A DNA stretch of 24,581 bases from a virus (Duplodnaviria; Caudoviricetes). The stretch is taken from the IMG/VR virus record IMGVR_UViG_3300038675_000336, positions 1-24,581 of that record. One strand, given 5' to 3'. The notes below the pieces were generated by a model, which made no database searches, had not been told where the DNA came from, and saw only the letters and a list, made by a program, of their open reading frames with translations. A program made the position numbers and the translations under genes. This document shows positions 1-9,032 of this stretch, piece by piece. Each line of letters starts with the position of its first letter. Within the stretch, counting starts at the first letter, position 1.

Positions 1-1
1 G

Positions 2-1480
2 GGCTGTGACCCTGGTGTGGAGGTCATGACCCAGTAAGGCACTCAGCACCCATGTGTCGGTCGTGCCGGGTATGTAAGCAGCCCACGTGTCCAGGCGGTT
101 GTATGATGTGCCACCGCCACCCGTACCGATACCTTGAGCACTCACGGAGCCCGTGGCGTAGATATTGCCATGGAACACAAGATTGCCGTCAGCGTCAACA
201 TCAACACCGAACACATGGCCGTTGCCTTCGATGGTGGCACCGGTGGCGGAGCGTTTGACGAAAGCTGCATCAAGCTGTTCACTACTTTTAAGATAGGCAA
301 TTAGCTCAGCGACAGAAAAAACACCTGCATGTTCCGAATAGGGATTTTGACCTGGAATCAGCGCCCCTTCGGTGAGCTCAATGTGTGGCAGGTCATTCAG
401 CCGAAGGGGCAAAGTAAAAGACCCTACATCAGGGGTGTATAGCGTGATCTCATCCGGGATCTCGTCAACCCTTGACAGGTTTAGGTAGGGTTTAGCCTCA
501 GAAAAACGATATTTGAAACTGTATGCGCTGGGGAGTTCCTTTGAATTGTAGTCAACATCAGATTCAGTCACAACAATTTGACGGACGGCTGACTGCGTAT
601 AAACGTACTTCTTTTTTGAAGGGAAGAAGTCGAGCAACCACCGGCGTTCGTAGTCATCCAGGTATCCGGTATTTTTTGAATAGATCCTTGACGTGTCTAC
701 CCGATATTCTTCAGCCACCTCGTCAATGTCGGCAATGTTGTGAGTGTGCTCACCGGTGAACCCGTCAACGCCATAAGCCCTGACTGTGTCAAGACCGCCC
801 AGGGAGTTTTCAAACAGAAACCAGCGCTCATCCTCTGACTTGATGTTGGATGCAGCGAACCGCTGAATGTAAGACAACCTATCCCCACCGGCATTGGTGA
901 CATATACATCGTAGTAGGCCGGGAGTTTCTTTGTTAACAGGGCGTTGATGGTGGCGTACTGCAAAGGTATTGTGTAAGCATTTCCAGCAACCAGGGAACC
1001 AAGAGTCAAAATTTCGGTTGTGTCGTCTGCATAATGAGCAACAAGTTTGGCTACGCCACCTGCAGGGGAATAGTATGTCAGAAATTCAGGCGAATAGTAT
1101 GTGACATGTTTGACCTGTGGCTGCCAGGTCAGGAAGTTGGCGGTTAGGAAGTTTGTGGCTGAATCGGCAAACCGGTCAACACCTGAACGGATGGCCGTGA
1201 AGGTGATCACGGTTGCATCGATAGTTGCCGTGAAAGTGCCTACCAAGTTGGTTTGTTCGTAAATGGTACTTGCGTCTTGGAAAAGATAGGAGAGCTTTGA
1301 TTCAACCGCTTCCCGTATATCAATTTCTACGATACCTGTTGTCCCTGGATTATAGACCTGCGATAAGAGCACTTCACTGCCTTTTTTAAGGACAAAGGTG
1401 AAGGCCTCCGCTGAGCTGATACGAAACCTTGTCAGGTTGCCGGACAATTCGAGTGCAGATGGATGATTGAGGATGGTCAT
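2..1480 (-). CDS. Tail/baseplate-to-fibre structural protein, 3'-truncated by the window edge (>=493 aa); absent from the ORF track
   Basis: Manual translation from ATG at 1480 (MTILNHPSALELSGNLTRFRISS...) stays open to the window edge (...FHGNIYATGSVSAQGIGTGGGGTSYNRLDTWAAY...WVLSALLGHDLHTRVTA). It has its own promoter at 1498-1532 and follows the tail genes. Confidence 0.85.
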   Translation of the reverse strand, partial: MTILNHPSALELSGNLTRFRISSAEAFTFVLKKGSEVLLSQVYNPGTTGIVEIDIREAVESKLSYLFQDASTIYEQTNLVGTFTATIDATVITFTAIRSGVDRFADSATNFLTANFLTWQPQVKHVTYYSPEFLTYYSPAGGVAKLVAHYADDTTEILTLGSLVAGNAYTIPLQYATINALLTKKLPAYYDVYVTNAGGDRLSYIQRFAASNIKSEDERWFLFENSLGGLDTVRAYGVDGFTGEHTHNIADIDEVAEEYRVDTSRIYSKNTGYLDDYERRWLLDFFPSKKKYVYTQSAVRQIVVTESDVDYNSKELPSAYSFKYRFSEAKPYLNLSRVDEIPDEITLYTPDVGSFTLPLRLNDLPHIELTEGALIPGQNPYSEHAGVFSVAELIAYLKSSEQLDAAFVKRSATGATIEGNGHVFGVDVDADGNLVFHGNIYATGSVSAQGIGTGGGGTSYNRLDTWAAYIPGTTDTWVLSALLGHDLHTRVTA

Positions 1481-1497
1481 CGCCGTGATTTTTTATA

Positions 1498-1532
1498 CAA
1501 AACTATCCAATCAGGGTCTGAATGAAAGGACA
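1498..1532 (-). promoter_or_regulatory. Putative phage late promoter (copy 1)
   Basis: Minus strand TGTCCTTT-N19-TAGTTTTG, 17 nt before ATG 1480. TAnnTTTG is the Bacteroidota primary-sigma -7 box. Confidence 0.75.
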
Positions 1533-1534
1533 GC

Positions 1535-3559
1535 CTAATAGGCTACCGCCGTTAAGGAATAAGTGTAAAGCCGATATTCGGACGGATTGACCATCCTGGC
1601 CACCTGCTGAGGATAGTATGATCCGCCCGGTGCCGTAGGATGTGGAGGGTAAAAAACTGTGTAGGTCTTGTCCTTGACCGGTGATGCCAGGTACTCCGCC
1701 TGAGTTATAACAACCGATGAGACGGATAACTGCCAACGATATTGAGGGGTGGCCAGTCGGTCATCCTCGCCCTGAGCAAGATCAAGAGGCTCATAGAGTC
1801 TGGTTGTGTAAAATGTTGACTCCTGTGGATCGCTTGGCCCCCCCACCTTATATTTGAGGGTGTCAATGAGTAGCTCCTGACCGCTGATAACCACCTTTTC
1901 GTGTGCCGGGATTGTTCGCTTTAGTTGGTTGGAGAGTAATAAGGTGGCAATGACCGTGTGCATTGAGTTGCGCAACATATTGTCATAGTCCCTGTAAAAG
2001 CGCTCGTATAAACCATCCTCACCAAAATAACACAAGCTGTAATCCCAGAGTTTTGTCGTGCCCAGGTAATTGTAGCTCGAAATTGTCCCGTGCATGTAGG
2101 CTAACCCGGTTGCATCGTAGTAAAAGGCCAACATTGGTCGCTGTTCCTGATCGCTGGTGGATGTGGACGATTCGTCAACAACCTCCTGTGAGTTGTCATA
2201 GACAATGGTTGAGTTGCGCAAGACTGCCTCACCGATGTAGATCATAGGTACGGGAGAGTATGCCGTCCTTCCTCCTACTGAATAGGTGGTGGCTGAATCT
2301 TGTGGTGCCCCCGCCATAACTGGATGGGAATCTGGCACAGTAATTTCTTCAACTTCCAGGTCACTACCATCATCGTAAGGAATAGAGGAATCGCCAATTT
2401 TATCACGACTATAAACACCAAGAGCAAACCCTTGACGGTAAAATGATTGATCTGACTTATCAATCAACGTTGTCGGGTACTTTTTAAGCATCGCTGTAAC
2501 GGAATCCCATTCTGCCACTTCCTGATTGCTGTCTTTTGTGCTTTCTTCTGACCTAAGTCGGATGCGCCTATACGTCTCAGGTTGCTCAATAATCAGGTCA
2601 TCAGTCAAACAACCGGTAAGATCCGTTGAGGGTGATGCTGCCTTAACCTGTTTGAACAGTCGAATGTTGACGGTTTTTGTCAACTCATCCGGGATAAACT
2701 CACAATGAAATTTTTTTCTGAAAACGTCAAGGATTGTTTCACACGTGCAGTCAGGAACCAGGTCTGCAAGCTTGATCACACCATTAGCAAGCGTGTCGGC
2801 GGTATTATTCAGAAAGACCATCCTGGTGAAAGGTAGCGTCTGCGTGAAAAAGTTGTCAACGATTGTGTACCCGAAATGCTCAAAGATGCGCTTCAGCAGG
2901 TAGTTGGCTTTGATAAAAGGGGTGATGTAAAACCCTTTTGGAATGGTCACAACCGTCTCATCAACGGTGCGTGTGCGTTCAAATGAGTTGTAGAAAGTTG
3001 GAGCAACGCTGTGGTTGGCCACCGTTGTACGTCCAAGGACCTGCCCGGAGGCGTCCATCCATGCCAGGCGGTTGAGGTAATCCTTTCCCTCCTCCCCGTC
3101 AATCAATACAGGAAAGATGGCTACACGCTCATCCTCGGTTGTAAGTAGTGAGGTGCAAAAAGACAGGGCCTGGTCAACGGTGCTTATCCCTGCAATTATC
3201 TCGCTACCGAAAAGTTCACGGAGGCGTGTTTTTGGCATTGAGTCATAGAAGGCGCCCTCATTCATGTAGAACGATGTGCTGATCTCCTTTTTGCGCTGTG
3301 CTGACAAAACGGCTTGTTTTGCCGGCATTGAGTAGTCCTCATCCTGAATCATCACCGGAATCCGCTGTGAGGCCTTATCCTTGACTGACAGCAGATGAGG
3401 TTGACCAGCCAAAGCCCTGTTGGTGTCTGTGTCCGGGATGGAAAGGGGTAATGATTGCTCACCCCATTCGTTTAGAAACGGGTTTGTCCGCTCGATCTCA
3501 AGCTCTGAGCCAGGAAACAACTGATAGGCTTCACCTGTGCCCAAATGAATTATTTTCAT
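1535..3559 (-). CDS. Minor tail protein (hub/baseplate-type), 674 aa
   Basis: Long ORF with an ATGA overlap to the tape measure gene. Beta-rich, with N-terminal NPFLNEWGEQSLPLSIP. Function assigned by position. Confidence 0.7.
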   Translation of the reverse strand: MKIIHLGTGEAYQLFPGSELEIERTNPFLNEWGEQSLPLSIPDTDTNRALAGQPHLLSVKDKASQRIPVMIQDEDYSMPAKQAVLSAQRKKEISTSFYMNEGAFYDSMPKTRLRELFGSEIIAGISTVDQALSFCTSLLTTEDERVAIFPVLIDGEEGKDYLNRLAWMDASGQVLGRTTVANHSVAPTFYNSFERTRTVDETVVTIPKGFYITPFIKANYLLKRIFEHFGYTIVDNFFTQTLPFTRMVFLNNTADTLANGVIKLADLVPDCTCETILDVFRKKFHCEFIPDELTKTVNIRLFKQVKAASPSTDLTGCLTDDLIIEQPETYRRIRLRSEESTKDSNQEVAEWDSVTAMLKKYPTTLIDKSDQSFYRQGFALGVYSRDKIGDSSIPYDDGSDLEVEEITVPDSHPVMAGAPQDSATTYSVGGRTAYSPVPMIYIGEAVLRNSTIVYDNSQEVVDESSTSTSDQEQRPMLAFYYDATGLAYMHGTISSYNYLGTTKLWDYSLCYFGEDGLYERFYRDYDNMLRNSMHTVIATLLLSNQLKRTIPAHEKVVISGQELLIDTLKYKVGGPSDPQESTFYTTRLYEPLDLAQGEDDRLATPQYRWQLSVSSVVITQAEYLASPVKDKTYTVFYPPHPTAPGGSYYPQQVARMVNPSEYRLYTYSLTAVAY

Positions 3560-6500
3560 CTTTTTGTTCCGATTTTGCGTGATTTATCCCTTTTGGCCAT
3601 CTTTCTTTCAAGGTCGGTGAGTAGGACATAGGCATCAACACCCTCTGTTTCCAAGATTTCAAGTAAGGCCAGCACCCGATTCATCACCGCCTCCAATTTT
3701 TCACTTGATTGGGGTGTTGCCGGTGTCATGGTCTGCCGTGAAACACTTCCACCCTCTGCAAGGCCTGTGATGCGATTAGACTGCAACAGCCTGTTTAGAT
3801 CAAGTGTGCGGATCATTCCGGCACGCTGGTAGCGGTCGATGACATTCAGTATTGGTGCAATGGTCGGGTTTTCCACAGCAGCATTGCTGGCCACCCATTC
3901 TTTGCCGCTTTCGCCGACTAAGACTGTTGGACGGTCGATGTACCCACGCCTAGATGGATCAAGGATGGCATTACGATACATTCGACCATCTTGAGCACGG
4001 GTAACATCGATTGAGCCCCCTCCCTCTAGCCCGCTGGCTACGAGTGATCCTGTCCTAGATCCACCGGATGCGGCTCCTACCGTCATGTTTTTGATTTTAT
4101 TTCTTTCGGCATTGGCGCTCATCACCTGAGCGGCCCCTGTTATACCCAACAAGACCGCTGCCGCCGTACCTGCGATTGGTCCCAGCTCGGCGTAGGCTTT
4201 CATAATTGAGACAGCCGTATCAGCGATGATTTGCGATACCTTGATGGCAAAATTGACATCGGCGTACTTTTTTTGGATGTCGAGCTTCTTTTTTTCCTTT
4301 TCATTCTCCAGCTGCTCAACCTTTTCGTTGTTGCCTTTAGCCGCCGCAATCTCCGTATCATAACGAGCATCAACCTGGTCCATTTCGGCTTGCTGAATAG
4401 CGGAAAAAGCCTGTGAGGCGATGTCTGACATGTAGTCATACTGCGCTTTGTAGGCTTTTATCTTCAGGTTTGTGGCCGCCTGGTCGTACTCTTTTTGTGT
4501 GAGGTTCTTTTGCTCAAGGTGCTTTTTGAGTAGCTCAAGGTCGGCGTCGTACTGTTGCTGAAGAGTGAGTAGGCCATACTGGGCCCTTACACGGTTAAGG
4601 CGTTCCTCGTGATTCTCAAAAAGGCTTTCCCTTGCCTTTGTGTAGGCGGCGTCAAGCTCAAGCGTTGACTGGTTGTTTTTCTCAAGGACTTCCTTTCGGG
4701 CCTTGTAGGCTGCGTCAAGTGAGAGTAACTGAAAGTCAAGGTCATCTTTCTCGGTGTTGATTCTAAAGCGGCTTTTAAAGTCGCTGACCATCTTTTCAAA
4801 TCCCTCGGCCTGCTTTAGTCGTGCTGCCGTTACCGCCGCCTCAGCATCGGAGACAGCCTGCCCTGACTGTTTGACAGCTTCTGCCTTAGCCTGGCCACCG
4901 CTGACCTCAAGGGCCGTGAGCTGCTCAAGAGTCGTCTTTTCAATCGATAGCTTTTTCTCAGCCTGCGCAACAAGTTCAGCCTGCACAAGAGCATCGTAGG
5001 CCTCCTGTGTGATGGCCTTAGTTTTTAAACCATCCTGGAAGGATGCCTGTATAGCCTTTGATGCCTGGTCTTCTACTGCAAGGGCGTCGGCCTTGTTTTT
5101 CTTTATCTCATCAATCTTTGACTGATCGATTGATTTCTGAGCCTCAAGGATGGCCATTTCATCCTCGATGACCTGATTTTTATATTCAGCCTGTTTTGCT
5201 GTTTTTTTGGCACTGGCCGCAAAGCCGGTTAACAACTTTATCCGGTCCTGGTAGTATTTTATCTCAGCCTCCAGGACAGCCCCGTTGATGGACGCTTCCG
5301 ATTCTTGTTTTTGCTGGCCGTTGAGCTTGATCTGGTTGAGTTGATTTTTGTGGGCTGTTTCAAGGTTTTTAAGTGCTACTGCATTGGGGTCCGATGTGTC
5401 TTTATCATCCTGTTCAACAGAAAAGCGGGCATTGTAGATCTGTTCGGCCACAGTCTTATACTCGCTGGCTGCGTTTTTCTCGTCCTTGATCCAGGCTTCC
5501 AGCTGGACCTTGTTCATGGCGTTAAACTCCGACCTGGCTTTGGCGGAGGCCTTTTGCCGTTTAATCATTTCGTCAATATCAGCACCCTGTAAACGGCTTA
5601 GCTCTGACTGGGCACCCCTTAGTTTCTCGCCAGCCTCCTGAAGTATCTGCGTCTCCCGTCTTAGCTCATCCTCGGTAAAGTCGGCCTTATAGGTCGTCCC
5701 GGCTGCTGTCACCTTGTCAGTACCACCATAAGCAATTCGCTGCTTTTGACGGTTGATGATCTGCTGATATTTCTTGATGGCCTTCTCGGTATCCTCAATC
5801 TGTTCACGGTTGAGGAACTGAAGACGGGCTTTCTCAGCCAGCAGGTAGTCGTTGAGCTTGTCTGTGTTGATTGAAATGGCGTTGCCGTACTTATCCCAGG
5901 CTGTGACGGCTGATGGAACCAGGGTTGAGATGTTTCGGAGTAAGCCGTTGAGCTCTTCATGCTCATCCTTGCTCAAAGAGGCTTTTGCGGTCAATTCATC
6001 GTACCTTTTAGCCAGCCCGGGTATATTTTCCTCTAAACCAATAACCTTGTCAAGCTGTTCGGCAAATGCGGCACCATTATCCATAGTGCTCATAGCCTCA
6101 TTTGCCTGTTTTAGGACGCTCGTAAAGTTCTTAATGATCGGAGTAACGACGCCCATTATGTTGCGTCCAACGGCCTCCTTAAAGTTTCTCCATTGATTTT
6201 TGTTTTCTTCAACAGCACCATAGTTGGCTTCAAGAGCTTCCGTATTTGAGCCTACAAATCGAGATAATCCTTTGACAATAAGACCGTAATTTTGCATTCT
6301 GTCTCCCGTATTCGTAAAGGTTAGACCAAGACGCCCAAGGGCTGAGCGTGCTTCAACACCTGAATCAACACCTTTAAGTAGTGCTTTAGACATACCCTCA
6401 AGAGTCTCTCCTGAAAGCGCTGCAGCATCTGTCAACAATGGTAAGAGTTCCTGCGTTTGATCTATCGTTAGGCCAAAATCAAGCAAAGCGGCCTGAGCTA

Positions 6501-7176
6501 CCTGAATATCATCATCATCAAAGATGCCCATCAGGTCTTTAGATTGCTCTTGTAGTTTTAAGAGGTCGGAAAGTGTTCCACCAGCGACATTGAGCACCGC
6601 CATTCTTAGCCGTTGGGCATTTTTCTCTGATTCAAGAAATTCATCAGTCGCCGCTTTTCCGAAAGAAAATAGTGCCGCACCTACCGCTGCAAAACCAATA
6701 GTCGGAAGTAGGCCTTTGATGGCCTTGAATCCTTCCTGTAACTTGCTCGAACTTCCCTTTACCTCACCCATCCTATTCCTGACATCAGTGAGTTCTTTTT
6801 CCAGGGCGGCATATTGTTTAGGGTTGGCGGCCTTAGAAGTGTTATCCAACTGTGACTGTAGTTCTTTTGCACGTTTGCGGAGCTGGTTCATTGTCAGCTC
6901 AGATATTTTCAGGCGTCCCTCAAGCTGCCGGATAACCTCGTTGTTTTGCTTGATCTTGTTGTTGTTGTCGGCAACTGTCTTGCTCAGGTTTTTATAGGCC
7001 TCCGTCTCTTTTTTGCCCTGTTTCTCCAGGGAAATCATTTCCTTGAGGCGGTCTTTGTTGCTTTTAGTCAAGGCCTTATTGTCCTCAGTCAGCTTGTGGA
7101 TTTTCTGCTGGGCCTCTGTGCTCTCAACACTTAGAATCCATTTGATCTCATCTTCAGTCAGTCTACCTTTTGCCAT
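3556..7176 (-). CDS. Tail tape measure protein, 1206 aa
   Basis: Ala/Lys/Glu/Gln-rich coiled coil with two hydrophobic Gly/Ala segments (IGFAAVGAALFSFG; IAGTAAAVLLGITGAAQV) and a C-terminal GG...VGESGKEWV motif typical of tape measures. Confidence 0.92.
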   Translation of the reverse strand: MAKGRLTEDEIKWILSVESTEAQQKIHKLTEDNKALTKSNKDRLKEMISLEKQGKKETEAYKNLSKTVADNNNKIKQNNEVIRQLEGRLKISELTMNQLRKRAKELQSQLDNTSKAANPKQYAALEKELTDVRNRMGEVKGSSSKLQEGFKAIKGLLPTIGFAAVGAALFSFGKAATDEFLESEKNAQRLRMAVLNVAGGTLSDLLKLQEQSKDLMGIFDDDDIQVAQAALLDFGLTIDQTQELLPLLTDAAALSGETLEGMSKALLKGVDSGVEARSALGRLGLTFTNTGDRMQNYGLIVKGLSRFVGSNTEALEANYGAVEENKNQWRNFKEAVGRNIMGVVTPIIKNFTSVLKQANEAMSTMDNGAAFAEQLDKVIGLEENIPGLAKRYDELTAKASLSKDEHEELNGLLRNISTLVPSAVTAWDKYGNAISINTDKLNDYLLAEKARLQFLNREQIEDTEKAIKKYQQIINRQKQRIAYGGTDKVTAAGTTYKADFTEDELRRETQILQEAGEKLRGAQSELSRLQGADIDEMIKRQKASAKARSEFNAMNKVQLEAWIKDEKNAASEYKTVAEQIYNARFSVEQDDKDTSDPNAVALKNLETAHKNQLNQIKLNGQQKQESEASINGAVLEAEIKYYQDRIKLLTGFAASAKKTAKQAEYKNQVIEDEMAILEAQKSIDQSKIDEIKKNKADALAVEDQASKAIQASFQDGLKTKAITQEAYDALVQAELVAQAEKKLSIEKTTLEQLTALEVSGGQAKAEAVKQSGQAVSDAEAAVTAARLKQAEGFEKMVSDFKSRFRINTEKDDLDFQLLSLDAAYKARKEVLEKNNQSTLELDAAYTKARESLFENHEERLNRVRAQYGLLTLQQQYDADLELLKKHLEQKNLTQKEYDQAATNLKIKAYKAQYDYMSDIASQAFSAIQQAEMDQVDARYDTEIAAAKGNNEKVEQLENEKEKKKLDIQKKYADVNFAIKVSQIIADTAVSIMKAYAELGPIAGTAAAVLLGITGAAQVMSANAERNKIKNMTVGAASGGSRTGSLVASGLEGGGSIDVTRAQDGRMYRNAILDPSRRGYIDRPTVLVGESGKEWVASNAAVENPTIAPILNVIDRYQRAGMIRTLDLNRLLQSNRITGLAEGGSVSRQTMTPATPQSSEKLEAVMNRVLALLEILETEGVDAYVLLTDLERKMAKRDKSRKIGTKR

Positions 7177-7179
7177 GGC

Positions 7180-7566
7180 TTAAACGTTTTTTTCGGTCCC
7201 GGTGGCCGAAAGGAGTTGATTTTTGATTTGTTGACGGATCTCGTCCGTGAGACCGAAACGTAACGTTGGTTGCACCTGCCTGTAGAGCACTCCCCAGACA
7301 ACACGGTTATAAAGAGCCAGCCCTGACCGCTCACTCTTTCTTCGCTTAGCCTGGATGTCCAGAAAGCGCATGTAGATCAATACGGGGTAAGAATAACGGA
7401 GCCCATCAACGTTAAATGACCGGGAGCCTATGAAGTGAGCCAGGCGTCCTGATCGCTCGTTGAGGTGTTGACTGACAACATCGGCCTGCGTATCAAAAAT
7501 CACCTGGTTTCCCTTGTTGATCGTTTGACGGATGAACTGCTCGTCTATAATGTCTTTAGTGACCAT
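7180..7566 (-). CDS. Phage protein, probable neck/tail-completion component, 128 aa
   Basis: Clean basic ORF (RSGRL motif) 3 nt upstream of the tape measure gene, with its own promoter. Function inferred from context. Confidence 0.6.
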   Translation of the reverse strand: MVTKDIIDEQFIRQTINKGNQVIFDTQADVVSQHLNERSGRLAHFIGSRSFNVDGLRYSYPVLIYMRFLDIQAKRRKSERSGLALYNRVVWGVLYRQVQPTLRFGLTDEIRQQIKNQLLSATGTEKNV

Positions 7567-7581
7567 GTGCTGCGTTTTGAG

Positions 7582-7617
7582 CGAAAATACCCCAACTGAT
7601 AGCTCTGATAAAGGACA
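7582..7617 (-). promoter_or_regulatory. Putative phage late promoter (copy 2)
   Basis: TGTCCTTT-N20-TATTTTCG, 15 nt before ATG 7566. Confidence 0.75.
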
Positions 7618-7683
7618 ATAAGAAACCGGCGGGTCTCACGACCGGCCGGCTCCCTTAACCTTAATCTATACCATAAAAAACAC
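7618..7683 (-). ncRNA. Candidate ~65-nt small RNA ending in a GUGA-tetraloop terminator hairpin
   Basis: Promoter copy 3 points into GTGTTTTTTATGGTATAGATTAAGGTTAA, followed by GGGAGCCGGCCGGTC-GTGA-GACCCGCCGGTTTCT-TATT. No complete ORF lies between promoter and hairpin. Confidence 0.55.
7620..7655 (-). terminator. Intrinsic terminator-like hairpin
   Basis: About 15-bp stem (one C-C mismatch, G-U pairs at the base), GTGA loop and T-rich tail. Could also end the upstream lysis operon. Confidence 0.7.
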
Positions 7684-7687
7684 ATGA

Positions 7688-7723
7688 CAAAGATGGTGAC
7701 TCAACAGATATTTGAAAAGGACA
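7688..7723 (-). promoter_or_regulatory. Putative phage late promoter (copy 3, upstream of the candidate sRNA)
   Basis: TGTCCTTT-N20-CATCTTTG; one deviation (C for T) in the -7 box. Confidence 0.6.
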
Positions 7724-7728
7724 ACCAG

Positions 7729-8637
7729 TTATACCCTTTTCATCAACCAGCGCATTTCAAGGCTGAAACCGCCTGGTCGTGGCCTGAAAAGATAGCCAGC
7801 CTCCGACATGGCCGTATAGAGGCTTTCCTTTGACAGCTTTAAATTGGGGTTTATGGCCTTGATAGCCTCAAAGACTTCCTCTGTGCTGAAAAAGTGGGTG
7901 GTCTCATTGATAGATGTAGCTGGCAGGTATACGGCTTTGATATTCTCGATAAATTCATGGGCGGTGGCCACCTGTTCCTCGATGGATGGAAAGTCACTCT
8001 CTTGGTCGGGTTTTTTTTCTTCTTTCATGGTCACGTCGCTGAAGATGTCGTTAAAAATTGGATCAACAATAGCCCTCGACTCTGTGATCCCTTCAGGTGA
8101 ACGGTCAAAGAGCTCGTCAACAAAACCCTTAAATAGGTTGAAAATACCCTCATCGTTGTCAATGTCAAAATTCTCACACCTCAGGTTTTCGTTCAAATTC
8201 ATGGATGTACGCACACACACGTGCCACTCCTCGTTGTAGATAAGCACAAATTTTGCATGGGTGTTGGTTGTCCGTATACGCTTGCTCTTGAATATCTCAA
8301 GCATCTGCTGAGAATACTTCACCTGGCGGGTCTTGAACGACCGGTCAAGGATAATACGAAACTCGATGATCTCCCGGCTGGTTAGCATTTCATGGATGGC
8401 CGTTGATTCGTAGAATCCTGATGCCCAGGTTGCGATGTCAACACGCGCCGGCCCCGTGATTCTGAGCAGGCCCTGCAGTAGGCTGATGAGTGAGAATAGC
8501 CCGTTTGTCAAACCGCTCACCCGTGATTCCTTTGTGAACCCATCCAGAATGCCTTCTGTATATTTTCCACCAATGAGCATGGCCTTGGCCTTGCTCTGCA
8601 GCTTGGTGTTTACGGATAGAGGTGCCTGGTCGTTCAT
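7729..8637 (-). CDS. Phospholipase D (PLD)-fold protein fused to a ~95-aa C-terminal phage domain, 302 aa
   Basis: HKD-like motif THAKFVLIYNE...RTSMNLNEN..E, then a charged linker MKEEKKPDQESD, then a distinct domain ending RWLMKRV. Confidence 0.7.
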   Translation of the reverse strand: MNDQAPLSVNTKLQSKAKAMLIGGKYTEGILDGFTKESRVSGLTNGLFSLISLLQGLLRITGPARVDIATWASGFYESTAIHEMLTSREIIEFRIILDRSFKTRQVKYSQQMLEIFKSKRIRTTNTHAKFVLIYNEEWHVCVRTSMNLNENLRCENFDIDNDEGIFNLFKGFVDELFDRSPEGITESRAIVDPIFNDIFSDVTMKEEKKPDQESDFPSIEEQVATAHEFIENIKAVYLPATSINETTHFFSTEEVFEAIKAINPNLKLSKESLYTAMSEAGYLFRPRPGGFSLEMRWLMKRV

Positions 8638-9032
8638 TTGATGACTGCAGTTATAATTATTGTGATGATTGACCCAACCAGCGTGCCGGTCAGAAAGGCC
8701 TCTATTTTACCTTTCTTGCTCAGTGCTTGCTCTTGACGTAAAGCGGTGGAAAAAAGAGAAATCCTTTGATCCTTCAGATGGGACTGTTGTTGCTGGATCT
8801 CGATGATGCTGTCAGAAAGGTTGTAGATATCTGTGAGCACCTCAATCTCATGCTTGGCAAATGTAAGCTCAGCCTTCAATGAGTCTCCCTGAACAAACAG
8901 CACGTTAGCCGCCCGGATGCTTTCAATTGGCAGAACCGCAAGGGTGTCGCCGTTCTCGATCTGTAAACGCTGTGAAAAAACGGAGACTACTGTCAGCAGA
9001 CAGCATCCGAACATGACTGATCTGAGCTTCAT
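8634..9032 (-). CDS. Putative outer spanin-like lysis protein (132 aa from the probable start MKLRSV)
   Basis: Signal-like N-terminus ending VFS-Q, a coiled coil and a C-terminal hydrophobic helix. Overlaps the upstream membrane protein by 110 nt in another frame (Rz/Rz1-like layout). Confidence 0.55.
   Translation of the reverse strand: MKLRSVMFGCCLLTVVSVFSQRLQIENGDTLAVLPIESIRAANVLFVQGDSLKAELTFAKHEIEVLTDIYNLSDSIIEIQQQQSHLKDQRISLFSTALRQEQALSKKGKIEAFLTGTLVGSIITIIITAVIK

Noticed and set aside
7684-7833. 49-codon plus-strand ORF (MTKMVTQQ...) with an A-rich leader
   Set aside because: It overlaps the promoter motif and the PLD-fusion gene antisense, and no plus-strand promoter was seen. The leader-like sequence is better explained as the complement of the candidate sRNA, though this is not excluded.
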